A stretch of DNA of 37,977 nt from Saprolegnia diclina VS20 (lineage: Eukaryota), in NCBI RefSeq assembly GCF_000281045.1, contig NW_008246087.1, positions 216,535 through 254,511 of the forward strand. Direction: 5' to 3'. The translations under genes were made by a program, and so were the position numbers. Within the stretch, counting starts at the first letter, position 1, and every line of letters starts with the position of its first letter. Shown here piece by piece: positions 1 through 14,330 of the stretch. A model generated the notes under the pieces. It had not been told where the DNA came from, did no database searches, and worked only from the letters and a program-made list of their open reading frames with translations.

Positions 1-409
1 GCCATTTTTTCAAATACTAGTATGCATTTATCTTGTTTGCAACATCGATCGCTTGTGCTGAGCCAACAAACCTTTCCACGCTTCAAACAGTCTCTAATTG
101 TGGACAAAACCAATCTTTGCTGCGTTGGAATTGGATGAAATTCAAACGTTTCTGTCTTTGGATTGGACGCACGTGGCAGCACCTGGTGCCCGCTGGGACG
201 CACGCAGCGTCTTTTGCGAATATATCTCTCGTGTTGCGAGCTCGGGGCCTCGAGCTAGATGATACGGTAGTCATGCTATAGGTACTAGGAAGCAAATCTA
301 CAAATGCTTTCACTCTACGATGCGTCGCCAAGGGATACAAGTTCAGAAATGTTCCAAAACTATACACATGGACGAAAATAGTCCATCTCGTACCGTCTGT
401 GGACTGTGT

Positions 410-2915
<2,506 letters not shown>

Positions 2916-4168
2916 GGCTCGGACACTGGTTCGGAGCGGGCTCGAGGAGTGGCGCTTGAAACGTTGGCTGAGCATACGCCTGTCAAAGTGGACCAATCAC
3001 AGGTGGTGCTTTCCGGGTATCCGGATGTGTCGCATTATCCGGATTATATTTGTTTATCCGGCGCGGCAAAGGCGACGAGCCCGCTCTTCTCCGGTACCGT
3101 GCTCAGTGCCATCAATACTCGCAGCCACTCCACGCACGTCACGCTGCCCTTCCGAGTGGTTTGGATGCAAGTGCGTATATCTGTCGACTTGTATGAACAG
3201 ACAGTTGCGTGGAACGGTGGCATCTTGAGTGGACTGGTACAACTCGTGAAGAAACCCAAGCCATTGTCGCTGCGAGGACCACGAAGATATCCGTCTTCCG
3301 CTGACTACAGTACTGCAAGGTGCTGCATGTGTGCTGCGTTGCTGGTCATTGCAGAAGCCAGCACGTACGAGCAAGCGACGCCGTGCTGTCGGGTATCGCC
3401 TCGGGCCACCTTGGGACACGCAGGATCGAACCCGACGACAGCGCGACAGGCGGGGCCGACGGCAATGTATCCCGTCTTCTCGTCGTCGCAGTTATCATCC
3501 ACACGAAAGAGTCCAACTTTACTTGAATGGTGCTGCTGCTGCCAACGGCGAAACGAGTGGCTTGGGCGACACGCGCGTTGTCCTTCAACTTTACACAACG
3601 GCTCAGCAACTCGTACCCGATGCGGTCGAATGCCCCTACCGAGTGGCTACTTCTTGGTTCTCTGTAATATAACAAGTGCATTTTGAGTTGATCAACCTCG
3701 TCGTACAGCATGTCCCAGTCGACGCACCGCTTCCGCTTCGACGCCCGGACCAAGGTGCTCGACATAGCGCTGGCGGCGCAGTAAAGAAGCTGCTGCGATG
3801 GCTTGTCGCGGACCGATCGCGCCCGGCGACACGTGCATTTTTGTGCGCTGCCGTGGGATGTCCGCGAATACCCTGCGTCGTCTTTGCGTTAGCGGTAGTG
3901 AGTAGCAGGCGATGCGGCGTTCCTGGCGCCACGGCCATGACGTGGCACAGTACGCAGGCACTCGCGAGAGAGAAAGTCCCGTTTCGCAAGGCCACGAGAT
4001 GCGATGTTGGGCGAGTGGACCGGAAAAGTAACCGACAACGCACTAGAAAGTGCAATCTCGGATGTCGCACCCATTCAGTAAAGTTGCGCGTGGGACCTGT
4101 AAAAGCCTGGCACGGCGCTGATTGGTGCCATCTGAGCGTGTTGCCAGAAGAAGACACGCCGACTGAAG

Positions 4169-6070
4169 ATGCTGTCGCCGCCCCGCCCAACGACGCTGCG
4201 GGACTCGCTGCAGCGGACGCCCGGGCGCAGCCCGTCGCGGCCCTCGCTGTGCACGACGGACGCCCCAGCCTCGCGCAAGGTCGTGCGCCACCACGGGTAC
4301 CTCTTTACGAAGAAGCTGCTCCGGAGCCTCGCGTCGCAGTACTACTGCCTCAACGAACACAGCTCCAAGCTCTACGTGTTTGAAAACTACTCGGACTTTC
4401 ACAACTGGAATCGCGAAGGCCAGCCGCGCCACATGACGGCCAAGCGGCTCAACGGGTCGGCGATCCCGTGCGGCCCGACGCGCATCATTCAGATCGACGC
4501 GCTCGACGACTATGACGCACTGCGCCCAGTGCTCTCGCAGGGCTACTACAAGCTGACGCTTTCGGTGTTTAAGAAGATGAACTCGTCCAAAGTCGAGAAG
4601 CTCTCGCTGCTCGCCGAGTCGCGCGAGGCGTACAACCACTGGATTGATGCGTTCGAAGACGTACTCTCGAGCGGCGAAGAGACGACGCACTCGGCGAGCG
4701 CCCACCAAATGCTGCGACGCCACACGACCGAATCGACGTACTCGTCACTGCATTCCGACACAACCTCGTCGCTCCTCGCCCCGACGCGGCCATCGTCCAA
4801 GTCGGACGCGTTCCCGATTCAAAAGACGAACGCCGGCTCGTTTCTCGGTGCGTCGTCGGCTAGCAGTCACCAGCGCATGCAGCCACCGCCGCTCTCGCGA
4901 CGCTACTCGGAGATTCTCAAGCCCGCCGATCTCCAAGCAGCGTCGCAGCACCTCGAGTCACCGCCCCGTATCCCGTTGGCCACGCGTGGTCGGACCCAAT
5001 CGGCGCAGTCGATGCGGTTTGGCGCGACCCAAGGTACGTCATTTTGATTTTTTTCCAATTCCCAAAATCTCCAAATCGGTCTAGATGGCAGCAACTTTCT
5101 CACAAGCCAAGCTGCGCTCGCCTCCACTGGCTCGTTTCTCTCGACGCCGGCGACAACGAGTACTCCGGCGCCGCCGTCGTCGACGCGCAACGTGCTCCTC
5201 TTTGTCTCGACCAACGGGTCCACGGTCGGTGTCTCGGAGGCCAAGATCCAGCAAGCCCGAAGCGACCTCGCAGCACTCTGCGCGCTTCCGGGCAATTACC
5301 AGCCCGAGCGCGGCCTCGACTCGTTCATGGACTCGCGCACGTTTTGGCTCCACGGTCCACCCGACTATGCGCTCACGGACGTCGCATTTCTCCGCGGCCG
5401 GACGCGCGCGCACGGTGTCACGTCGTTTGCTTACGAGATTGAAACTGCGCTTCGTACCTTCTCGATGGAGGTGACGCACAAGGCGCGGCTCTCGCAGTGG
5501 ACGTCGGTCGCGACGTCGTTCTGGCTCCAAGTCAACGAGCACCCGGTGGTGAGCTACCACCAACTCCCCGAGATGCGCCATGCGCTCTTTGGGCTGGTCT
5601 ACGTGCCGCCCACCCCGAGCTCGCCGGCGACGTCGCCGCATGCGGATGTGCCCTCGTCGTCGAGTGGGCTGGCCGAGGCCTTTCCCGATGGCTTTCCCAT
5701 GGAAGTCCTTGAAGTGTATACGAGTGCGCCGGCCAATATTTATTTCTCGTGGCGCCACTGGGGCGCGTTCACAGGGTCGTACCAAGGCCGGCGCGGCGAC
5801 GGCAGTCTCATCTCGATCACGGGCTTTGGGCGCCTCGCCAAGGAGGTGGGTACCGGCAAGCTCCAGTCGCTCCACCTCTTTTGCCACCCCGAGCCGCTCC
5901 TGACGCAGTTGCACTCGCGCTGGGCGCCGCTTTCCAACGTGGTGACGTCGGCGCCGCATCGGCGCTTGTCCGAGAGTCTCTCGGAGGCCCCGCGCCGCCG
6001 CCGGCCGTCGGCCAACAGCCTCGACTTGACATACGACCTCCAAGGCTTGAGCAACCCCAAGACGGCGTAA
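4169..6070 (+). CDS. PH-domain / pathogen-related protein (PRP, SnoaL-like) fusion; exons 4169-5033 and 5085-6070, about 616 aa
   Basis: Exon 1 has PH-like ends (HHGYLFTKK...LSLLAESREAYNHWIDAFEDVL). Intron 5034-5084 (gtacgt...ctag) joins it in frame to ORF 5192-6070. That ORF carries PRP-family motifs: PPDYALTDVAFLRGRT, FSMEVTHK and FPDGFPMEVLEVYTSAPANIYFSWRHWGAFTG. Confidence 0.8.
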
Positions 6071-6155
6071 CTCGACCCAGAGACTTTCAAAAATACAACA
6101 CTCAAATGATGCAAATGACCACAGTTGCGTTTTTTGAGAGCGTTGAGAGAGACGA

Positions 6156-7268
6156 CTACTCGGAGGCTGCTTCGGGGCGGTGCAGTGCCAACGCAGCGGC
6201 CACCGACGCGCTCTTGGCGGCGACGACGAGGCAGTAGTGGCCCTGGAGCATGTGGTACTCCTCGAGCTCGTCAAACAATTCGAGTCGCTCCTTGCTAAAA
6301 CGAAAAGCTTGAGTCTATGCGAGGATCGAAGCACGTACTGTTTGCGCTCGTCGAGCGGCAAAAAGTCATAGTAGACGCGGTTCATGTCCCAGCACTCGAC
6401 GTGCGTAAAGCCGCTGGCCGTCAAGCGCTTGCACTGGTCGCTCGGCTCGGGAAACCTATTCAGATGATACAACATCCGTGCAATCTACGACAATAGTGTC
6501 CATCAAGAGGACGTACGCGTGCACGGACTTGAGGTCGCAGCCGCGCAGACGAATGTTCTCGACCATGGTCTGGCCAAAGGCGTCGTGGGGCCGGATCTGC
6601 TCGTAGATGACGACGGCCGCGTCGACAAACGTGGCGCCAATCCAGTCGAGGAGCGGCTGCGAGTGCTGCGGCTCCATGTAGCAGAGAACGCACTCGGAGA
6701 GCACCTAGCCATCGCTGCTATGTTTATGGCCGTCATTGCTGCGTTTTACCAGCGTCGGTCGCGACGGGTCGAGACCGGCCCACGTGCATTTGGCCTGGAA
6801 TGTCGGTAGGTCGCGGAGGTCGCAGGCCGCGAGTGCATACCCGTCGGCCTTGAGCTCGATCTCGTTGGTCTCGACGGGCCCAATGATCTCGGCGACGGCC
6901 TTGTGGCGGCGACAGAGGCGCACCTTGGCCCGCGTCACGAGCGGAAAGTCCATCTCGACGTACGTTGCGCCTGCGAGCAGCGCCGGCTGGCGCTTCTGGA
7001 GGCGATAGTACAGCGTGTCTTGGCCAGCGCCGAGCACGAGCACTTGGCCCTCGTTCGCGGTCGCGGCCAAGAAGCGCTCGACGAGCAGCTCAATGCTGCG
7101 CACGCGGGCGTAGTAGCCGCGGTTGATGATGGGCATCTTGCGGTGGTGCGAGGCAAACATGGCTGCGAACGGGTCGTCCCAGTAGCCGAGGCGCGACGCC
7201 GAGAGCTTGCAAGCGGCCGCGTCCGACGCAGTCTCCTGTACGTTGTAGTCGTTGTTGGGCGCACTCAT
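6156..7268 (-). CDS. LCMT1: Leucine carboxyl methyltransferase 1 (PP2A methyltransferase), multi-exon
   Basis: Motifs VQETASDAAACKLSASRLGYWDDPF, PIINRGYYARV, QVLVLGAGQDT, ACDLRD, SECVLCYM, YEQIRPHDAFGQTMVENIRLRG and ELFDELEEYHMLQGHYC. TAG at 6156-6158. Confidence 0.92.
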
Positions 7269-7435
7269 ATCGGCTTGCCTTCGTGAACGCTGGTTGCCTT
7301 TTTATTTGGACCAATGGCATCGCGCCATGCGTGGATTTTGTAGCCAATCCAATGGCTCGAGCGCGTTATCTTTGTCCCAAATGCAACGCAGACGTGGTGC
7401 TGGCCCCTTGGCGAGTGCGGTGGACCACGCATTCG

Positions 7436-8105
7436 NNNNNNNNNNNNNNNNNNNNNNNNNNNNNNNNNNNNNNNNNNNNNNNNNNNNNNNNNNNNNNNNN
7501 NNNNNNNNNNNNNNNNNNNNNNNNNNNNNNNNNNNNNNNNNNNNNNNNNNNNNNNNNNNNNNNNNNNNNNNNNNNNNNNNNNNNNNNNNNNNNNNNNNNN
7601 NNNNNNNNNNNNNNNNNNNNNNNNNNNNNNNNNNNNNNNNNNNNNNNNNNNNNNNNNNNNNNNNNNNNNNNNNNNNNNNNNNNNNNNNNNNNNNNNNNNN
7701 NNNNNNNNNNNNNNNNNNNNNNNNNNNNNNNNNNNNNNNNNNNNNNNNNNNNNNNNNNNNNNNNNNNNNNNNNNNNNNNNNNNNNNNNNNNNNNNNNNNN
7801 NNNNNNNNNNNNNNNNNNNNNNNNNNNNNNNNNNNNNNNNNNNNNNNNNNNNNNNNNNNNNNNNNNNNNNNNNNNNNNNNNNNNNNNNNNNNNNNNNNNN
7901 NNNNNNNNNNNNNNNNNNNNNNNNNNNNNNNNNNNNNNNNNNNNNNNNNNNNNNNNNNNNNNNNNNNNNNNNNNNNNNNNNNNNNNNNNNNNNNNNNNNN
8001 NNNNNNNNNNNNNNNNNNNNNNNNNNNNNNNNNNNNNNNNNNNNNNNNNNNNNNNNNNNNNNNNNNNNNNNNNNNNNNNNNNNNNNNNNNNNNNNNNNNN
8101 NNNNN
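7436..8105. other. Scaffold gap (N run)
   Basis: 670 consecutive N. Confidence 1.
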
Positions 8106-9398
8106 CGCGAGGTTATTGTCTTTTATCGCGTGCAACTGGTTGAGCCGTTTCGTCTTACGCGCTTTGGACAGAGTTGGCCGGTGGAATACAGAGCAATGAC
8201 ACAATATGTGAAATGGTGGTGATGGTGACACCGACGATTTTGTACACCTTCTATTCTTTTACAGTTTCAAGGTATTTTGACGATTGTAAGTTCATTTTCC
8301 CACTTTGAAACGTGACACCTGAACCTTAACGGCGATGCCTCGCATGCACCGCTGCAAAGTAGAGAAAACTCGATGGAGGTGGCAATGAGGATTTTGTACA
8401 CGAGCAAGTTGCGCTACAGATCGAGTTCTTGATGCTGGACTCTGCACGACGCTGGGTGGGACGAGGTAGCTCTGCTGTTGGCACGTCAAATCGAGGCGAT
8501 GCGAGGCATTTCGGCCACTATGAGTGTCCTTAGAGTGTCGGGCTCTTACACGGAACGTTCTCAAAACTGTCCAAAACCGGGCAATGTTATTCGCTTGAAG
8601 CAAAGAACATCCCAAACGTGACGCGTGCAATTCATAACGACTGCGCCCTAAGACCACGTAGTACTGGGGCGCCTCTCTGAGACGAATGCGACTCGTACAA
8701 AGCGTGCCGGATACGTCGACAGTCGTGGCATGCAAGGTGTGGTTCGGGCTGCAAAGCATCAAGCTCCGTTGTCTCGTTCTCATGTCATTGAGCGCGATTC
8801 TCGTGGTGCCTAAGTGCACTGTTTTCACCCTACATTTCGCGGTATCATTCAAACCGACGAGGCTTTTCTACACTGCTGTGCAGAATCGTCGTCGGTTTGA
8901 AACCCATCCTAATAGACAGAGACGCGACGTCGTATTGGAAGGAGCATGACCCAGGCTTCATACGTCGTACGCCATACGACACAATCACAGGCGGGAGCGC
9001 GAGTGCAATGCCGGCCAAGACGGAGGGCCTCGCGACGGCGTTTGCGACCAAGCGTCTCACCTTGTCCGCAATCAGCTTTAATGTTGGCAACCTCCAACTC
9101 TTGTGTCGCGAGTCGCGACCCTAGAGTTAGTGCAGGCTTTTCGTTTGAAACACACCCGACGGCTTGCACTCCTCTGTCGGAGCTCTCTGTCGGGCGGTCC
9201 GAGTACAGGAGCCTGCGTACGACCTCGCGCGAGCTATGACTCAGCGAGTGGGGTTTACCACGGGATGGATCTCTCCGTACGCAGCTCACTCCCAACGACC
9301 CAATGCTGATGCCGACTCCCACGCATTCGGGCATAGAGAGCGCTACGAATGCGAAGTCTTTGTGGAATATGAAAAATATGAAGATAACGCGGAACACG

Positions 9399-9416
9399 TA
9401 TATATATATATATATA
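9399..9416. repeat. (TA)9 microsatellite
   Basis: tatatatatatatatata read directly in the sequence. Confidence 0.95.
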
Positions 9417-9676
9417 AATACATAATATGACATGAAATGTTATGTAGCGTGTATATTGTCCAGCAATGTAGACGCTCGGCGGCGCCTCGAACGGAAGCTC
9501 GTTGTCGTCGGATCTTCAACAAGAATGCAGGTTGTAGAAAGTGCGTCGCTGGAATGACTGTCGCCGTCATACAATGGGTTTTGATTTGCATTTAGCTTGC
9601 TGTTTGTATGTGGACGTGATATATTTATAATAAAAAGACACGGCGGTCGACCAAAGTGCAAAGTCGAATTGGCAGC

Positions 9677-12600
9677 ATGGCCCGCGCGTCGTTCGCCAAG
9701 CAGACACGGGTCCTCCTCTGGAAGAACGCGACGCTCAAGCGCCGGAACCTCCGCGGCCTGCTCGTCGAGCTCCTCCTGCCCGTGCTCCTGCTCTGGCTCT
9801 TGCGCTGGCTCGCGACGCTGGGCAGCGCGGCCGCCGGCGTCAACCACGTGCCCGAGGCCCGCAACACCGACGAGGCGCAGCCGCTTCCGACGCTGACGCT
9901 GCTGCCGACGCTGCTAGCGCGCTCTAACCGGGTGCTTGGCGTCACGTCGCCGCAAGCGACCGAGCTCATAACGTTTCTGGATGCTCGGTACGCGACGCCG
10001 CTTGGCCCGCGCTTTGGCGACGTCACGACGGTCTTTGCGTCCGAGCGCGCCATGAATGAGTACGCCAAGAAGTCCATGACGTCCAACACATCACGGCTAC
10101 TGTACGCGGGCGTCGTGCTTGACGCCAACGTGGCGACCATTCGGCTTAGCGACCAAGCCACCGAGTCGAACGGCGCGGCGCCGGCCGATGGTGTCCAGCC
10201 CACATCCGACTTTGGCATTCTCGCGCAGCTCACGTTCAACAAGACAACCGCCATGCAGTACCCGGGCTTTTTGCCGCTGCAAATTGCGCTACATGAGTTT
10301 GCCGCTGGAGTGGCATTGCATGTCGAGTGCGACTGCCTGGCGCAAGACCTCGTCATCTCTGGGCTGCACTGGTCCGACATCGGTCTTGCCAGCGCCGCAA
10401 GCTGTGCGTCCTCAACATCCGCCTCGAGTTGGCTCTTTTCGCAGCCAGGCAGCGCCGTGCCGTTTCCAGAGGCCGCGCACGTCGATGTCCAAGACCCTGT
10501 GACACCGCAGATCATCATGTACCTCGTCTACCTCGGTCTCTGGCCCTTCTCGCGCTTTGTGCGCGACACGATCAACGAGAAGGAGACCAAAATGAAGGAG
10601 TACCTCTTCATCCTCGGCGTGCGCGAGTCGGCGCTCGTCTGCAGCTGGGTCGGCGTGTACTTTATATGTACGCCCTTGTCACGACGATCGCGGCTACCAT
10701 GCTCTTCACCCACGTGCTCTTTGCGTCCGGCGGTCTAGTGTTTGGCCTCGTGTTCCTCACGTTCCTGCTCTCGGCCGTGTGCTTTGGCTTGATGGTCGTG
10801 CCGTTCTTTGACCGGGCCAAGACGGCGATAGGAATTGCGCCGCTGCTCTTCCTCGGGTGGTGCAGCCCGCTCATTGCGCAGCGCACAGGCCTCTCGAGCG
10901 ATCTCTGGACGCTTCTTGGACCGTTGACGTCACCACTCGTGTTTTATAATGCGATGACGACGGCGCTCGGGCTTGGTGCCGACGGCAACCTCCGCGACGT
11001 GGCGTTCTCGCACCTCGCGCTGCCGTGGCTGACGCTGCTCCTGCATGCAGTCGTCTACGCCGTCCTTGGCGCGTATCTGGACCGTGTTTTGCCCAAGTCG
11101 ATTGGAGTGCAGTCGCCGTGGCATTTTCCTTTCCACGCTGAGTTTTGGGTCCCCTCGACTTGCCCGTCCCGGCTAACCAAGACGAGTTACCATACGTTCA
11201 CGCCCGTGATCGAGACGGCAAGTGATGACGCGCCGGTCGTCGACCTCGATAACGTCACCAAGGTCTATGACGATGGCAAGGTCGCGGTGCAAAACGTCTC
11301 GCTCTCGATTCCCGAAGGCGAGATTTTTGGGCTACTGGGCGCCAACGGTGCTGGCAAGACCACGACGCTCTCCATGCTCTCGGGCGCCCTTGCTCCAACG
11401 GACGGCACACTGCGCGTCTGCGGCGACCACGACATGACGCGCATCCGTCAGCATCTCGGCGTCTGCTTTCAGCAAGATGTGCTCTACGACTCGTTGACGA
11501 TCGAAGAACATGTGCTCTTGCTCGAACAGCTCAAGGGCCAGGACGACTTGCGCTTGATCCGCGCCGAGTGCGAAGCCAAGTGCATTGCGTTTGGCCTTGG
11601 CGACAAGATTTATGCGCAAACATCGACGCTCTCGGGCGGTAGCAAGCGCAAGGTGTGTGTGCTGCTGGCGCTCCTCGGCGATGCCAAGCTCGTGCTTCTG
11701 GACGAACCGACATCCGGCATCGACGTCGACTCGCAAAAGCACGTGTGGGCTGCGATCCAAGGCGCATTGGCCGGCCGCGCCGTGCTTCTCACAACCCATG
11801 CGATGCACGAAGCCCAAGTCCTTAGCCACCGCATCGGTATCATGGCCAACGGCGAGCTCCACTGCGTTGGCACGAGCGGGGCCCTCAAGGACAAATACGG
11901 CGTCGGCTACAAGCTCCACGTTGTCAAGGCGGCACGCGACGCCGGCGACAAGGTACGTATCGCCTTGGCGTCCGTGCCCGGCGCGAGCGTCCTCCGCGAC
12001 CACAAGTGGGGTCTCGACTGCCAACTGCCGCTCGGCACGGAAGCGTCGATTCCGGCGCTGCTTCGAGCGCTGGATGCGCTTCAAGCGAGTGGCGTCCTGG
12101 AGACGTACGACGTAGCCACGACGACGCTCGAGGACGTCTTTGTCAAGATTGCCTCGGGCGATACGGCCATTCAATCGGCTGCCGCAGCGACGCCCAAGGC
12201 GCTCAACGACTCTGCGAGTATGACGCGGCCAGAAGCCCACAAGTACGCGGCGTGGCGCGTGTGTCTGACGCAGATTTGTGCGTTGATGCGCAAGCGGGCG
12301 GCCCTCGTTCGCCGAGACGTCCGCAACACGTCGAGCCAGTACCTCTGGCCGCTGCTCGTGTTTGGTGTACTTTCGTACCTCCTCGTGCAAGCCGGCAAGG
12401 CGAGTGACGATGCCGTGCCCGCCCTCGCCGCGCCAATGGTACTGGCGACGACAAAGGTGCTGCCCTCACTGCCGCCACCGTCGCTTCTCGGCCCGAACGT
12501 GACCTTGGGCGGCGTCGTCGACTACCTCTTGGCGCATCCGGGGGGCACCGGTGCGCTCTTTGTCGATACGACGTCGCATGCGATCTTTTATAATGCATCG

Positions 12601-14330
12601 GTCCCCGGTGCCCTGGCGGCGACGATCCAAGCCGTGTATGCGTCGGCCTGCACATTGCCGTCGTGCGCACTGGCGGTGCACGCGCGTCCGCTCGAGATGA
12701 AGTCGTTTGCCGGTGCGGAAGCCTTTGTCCTCAGTGACGTGCTTGGCGTCGTCCTTGCCATGTACCTCATTGGCGCGCTTGTGTTTGCTGCGACACCGCT
12801 CACGACCGGTATCGTCAAGGAACGGGAGAGCGGGCTCAAGCAGTACCAGCATTTCTGCGGCGCTTGGCTCTCGACGTACTGGGCTGCCCACCTCCTCTTC
12901 GATCTCGTGGTCTTTAGCGCCTTTAGCCTCGTGCTCGTGCTTTGGTGCCAGTACCTCGCGTACATGGCCCTCGTTCCAATTCCAAACCTCGGCGCCTCGG
13001 CCCTCTGTGTGCTACTGGCCGGTGTTGCGATCGTCCCGTACATGTACTTGCTCAGCTTCCTCTTTGGCTCGTCGACGTCGGCGCACACATTTGTCTCGTA
13101 CGTTGGCACGTTCCAGCTGCTCTTTGCGCCCATGACGCTCCTGCTCTCGAGTCTCACGGACGCGTGCACAACCTATGCGACCCTCTCGCCGTGGCTGCAC
13201 GCCGCATTCCCGCTCATCTCGCTCGGCGAGACACTGGTCAACCTCGCGACGACCGAGCTTGCGTTCGTGCGGGGCATGTGCACGCAGGCCTCGGTGCTCG
13301 AGACGCCGTCGAGCCTTTTGAATGCGTATCTGTGGCAGACCCTTCTGGCGGGACCGTGCTATGCCGTCTTGGTGCTTGGGATCGATGCGTTTCTGACGTA
13401 CCCGGCGGCGATGCGCCACGCGCTGCGCTGCGCCACCCACCCGACGCGTGGTACGTGGTTCGAACCCGAGATACCGCTGTGGTTCAACGACGTTTCGTTT
13501 TTGTAGCGGCCGACGATGTCGAGACGGGGACGGCTCCCATTGTGCAAGTGTCGGGCCTCGCCAAGACGTACGTTGCGTCCTTTTGGCGTCGCGCGACGGC
13601 GCAGGATGTCCACGCCTTGTACGCGCTTGACTTTGCCGTCGCACCCGGGGAGAGCGTCGCGCTTCTCGGTGTCAACGGCTCGGGCAAGTCGACCACGTTC
13701 CAGATGCTCACAGCCGGCGTGACGCCGACGGCCGGCGAGGCCACTGTCGGTCCATGCAACGTGTCGACGGACGCACCCCACGCGCGCGACTGGATGGGCT
13801 ACTGCCCGCAGCCCAACTGGCTGTTTGACAACCTCAGTGTCCGTGAGCACCTGCAGCTTGTGTGTTCGCTGCGCCTCCAGGCACCCGATACGATCGAGAC
13901 GGTGATTACGGCGCTGCAGCTCAACCCGGTCGCGGACCTTCGCACGGCCAAGTTGAGTGGTGGCAACAAGCGCCGGGTCATGATTGCGATGGCAGTCGTC
14001 GCCAAGCCGCCGGTGCTGCTTCTCGATGAACCGTCGGCCGGCGTCGACGTGGTCGCCCGGCGGCTCCTCTGGCAGCTGCTCCGCGACGAGGCGTGTCTCT
14101 TCACCACGCACTGCCTCGAAGAAGCCGAGGCGGTTTGCACAAGCGCCGTCGTCCTCGCCAAGGGCAAGCGCGTCTACCGCGGCTCGATCGCGGCGCTCAA
14201 GCAGCAAGTTTCGAAAGGTGTGACCATGCAGGTGACCTTTTGCGATCCGCTCGCCTCGGATGACGTACAAGCGGCGCTGAGTGCAAACGACGTGGCGTCG
14301 GCCCAGGCACTGCTCGGTACCTTCGCCGAC
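9677..14330 (+). CDS. ABCA-family full transporter (TMD-NBD-TMD-NBD); frameshift near 10665, 3' end truncated; possible pseudogene or assembly error
   Basis: N-terminus LLWKNATLKRRN and EKETKMKEYLFILG. NBD1: GANGAGKTT, LSGGSKRK, LVLLDEPTSG, TTH, TTLEDVF. Second half: VKERESGLKQYQ. Intron 13451-13506 leads to NBD2: GVNGSGKST, LSGGNKRR, LLLDEPSAG, TTH. ABCA-like sequence stops near 14310-14330. Confidence 0.85.

Noticed and set aside
1..409. Short ORFs at the window start
   Set aside because: AT-richer sequence with no motifs; likely UTR or intergenic.
7252..8231. ORFs of about 300 aa spanning the N run
   Set aside because: Artefacts of translating N as X.
10660..10670. Programmed ribosomal frameshift in ABCA
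   Set aside because: No X XXY YYZ slippery heptamer at the shift; an indel or sequencing error is simpler.
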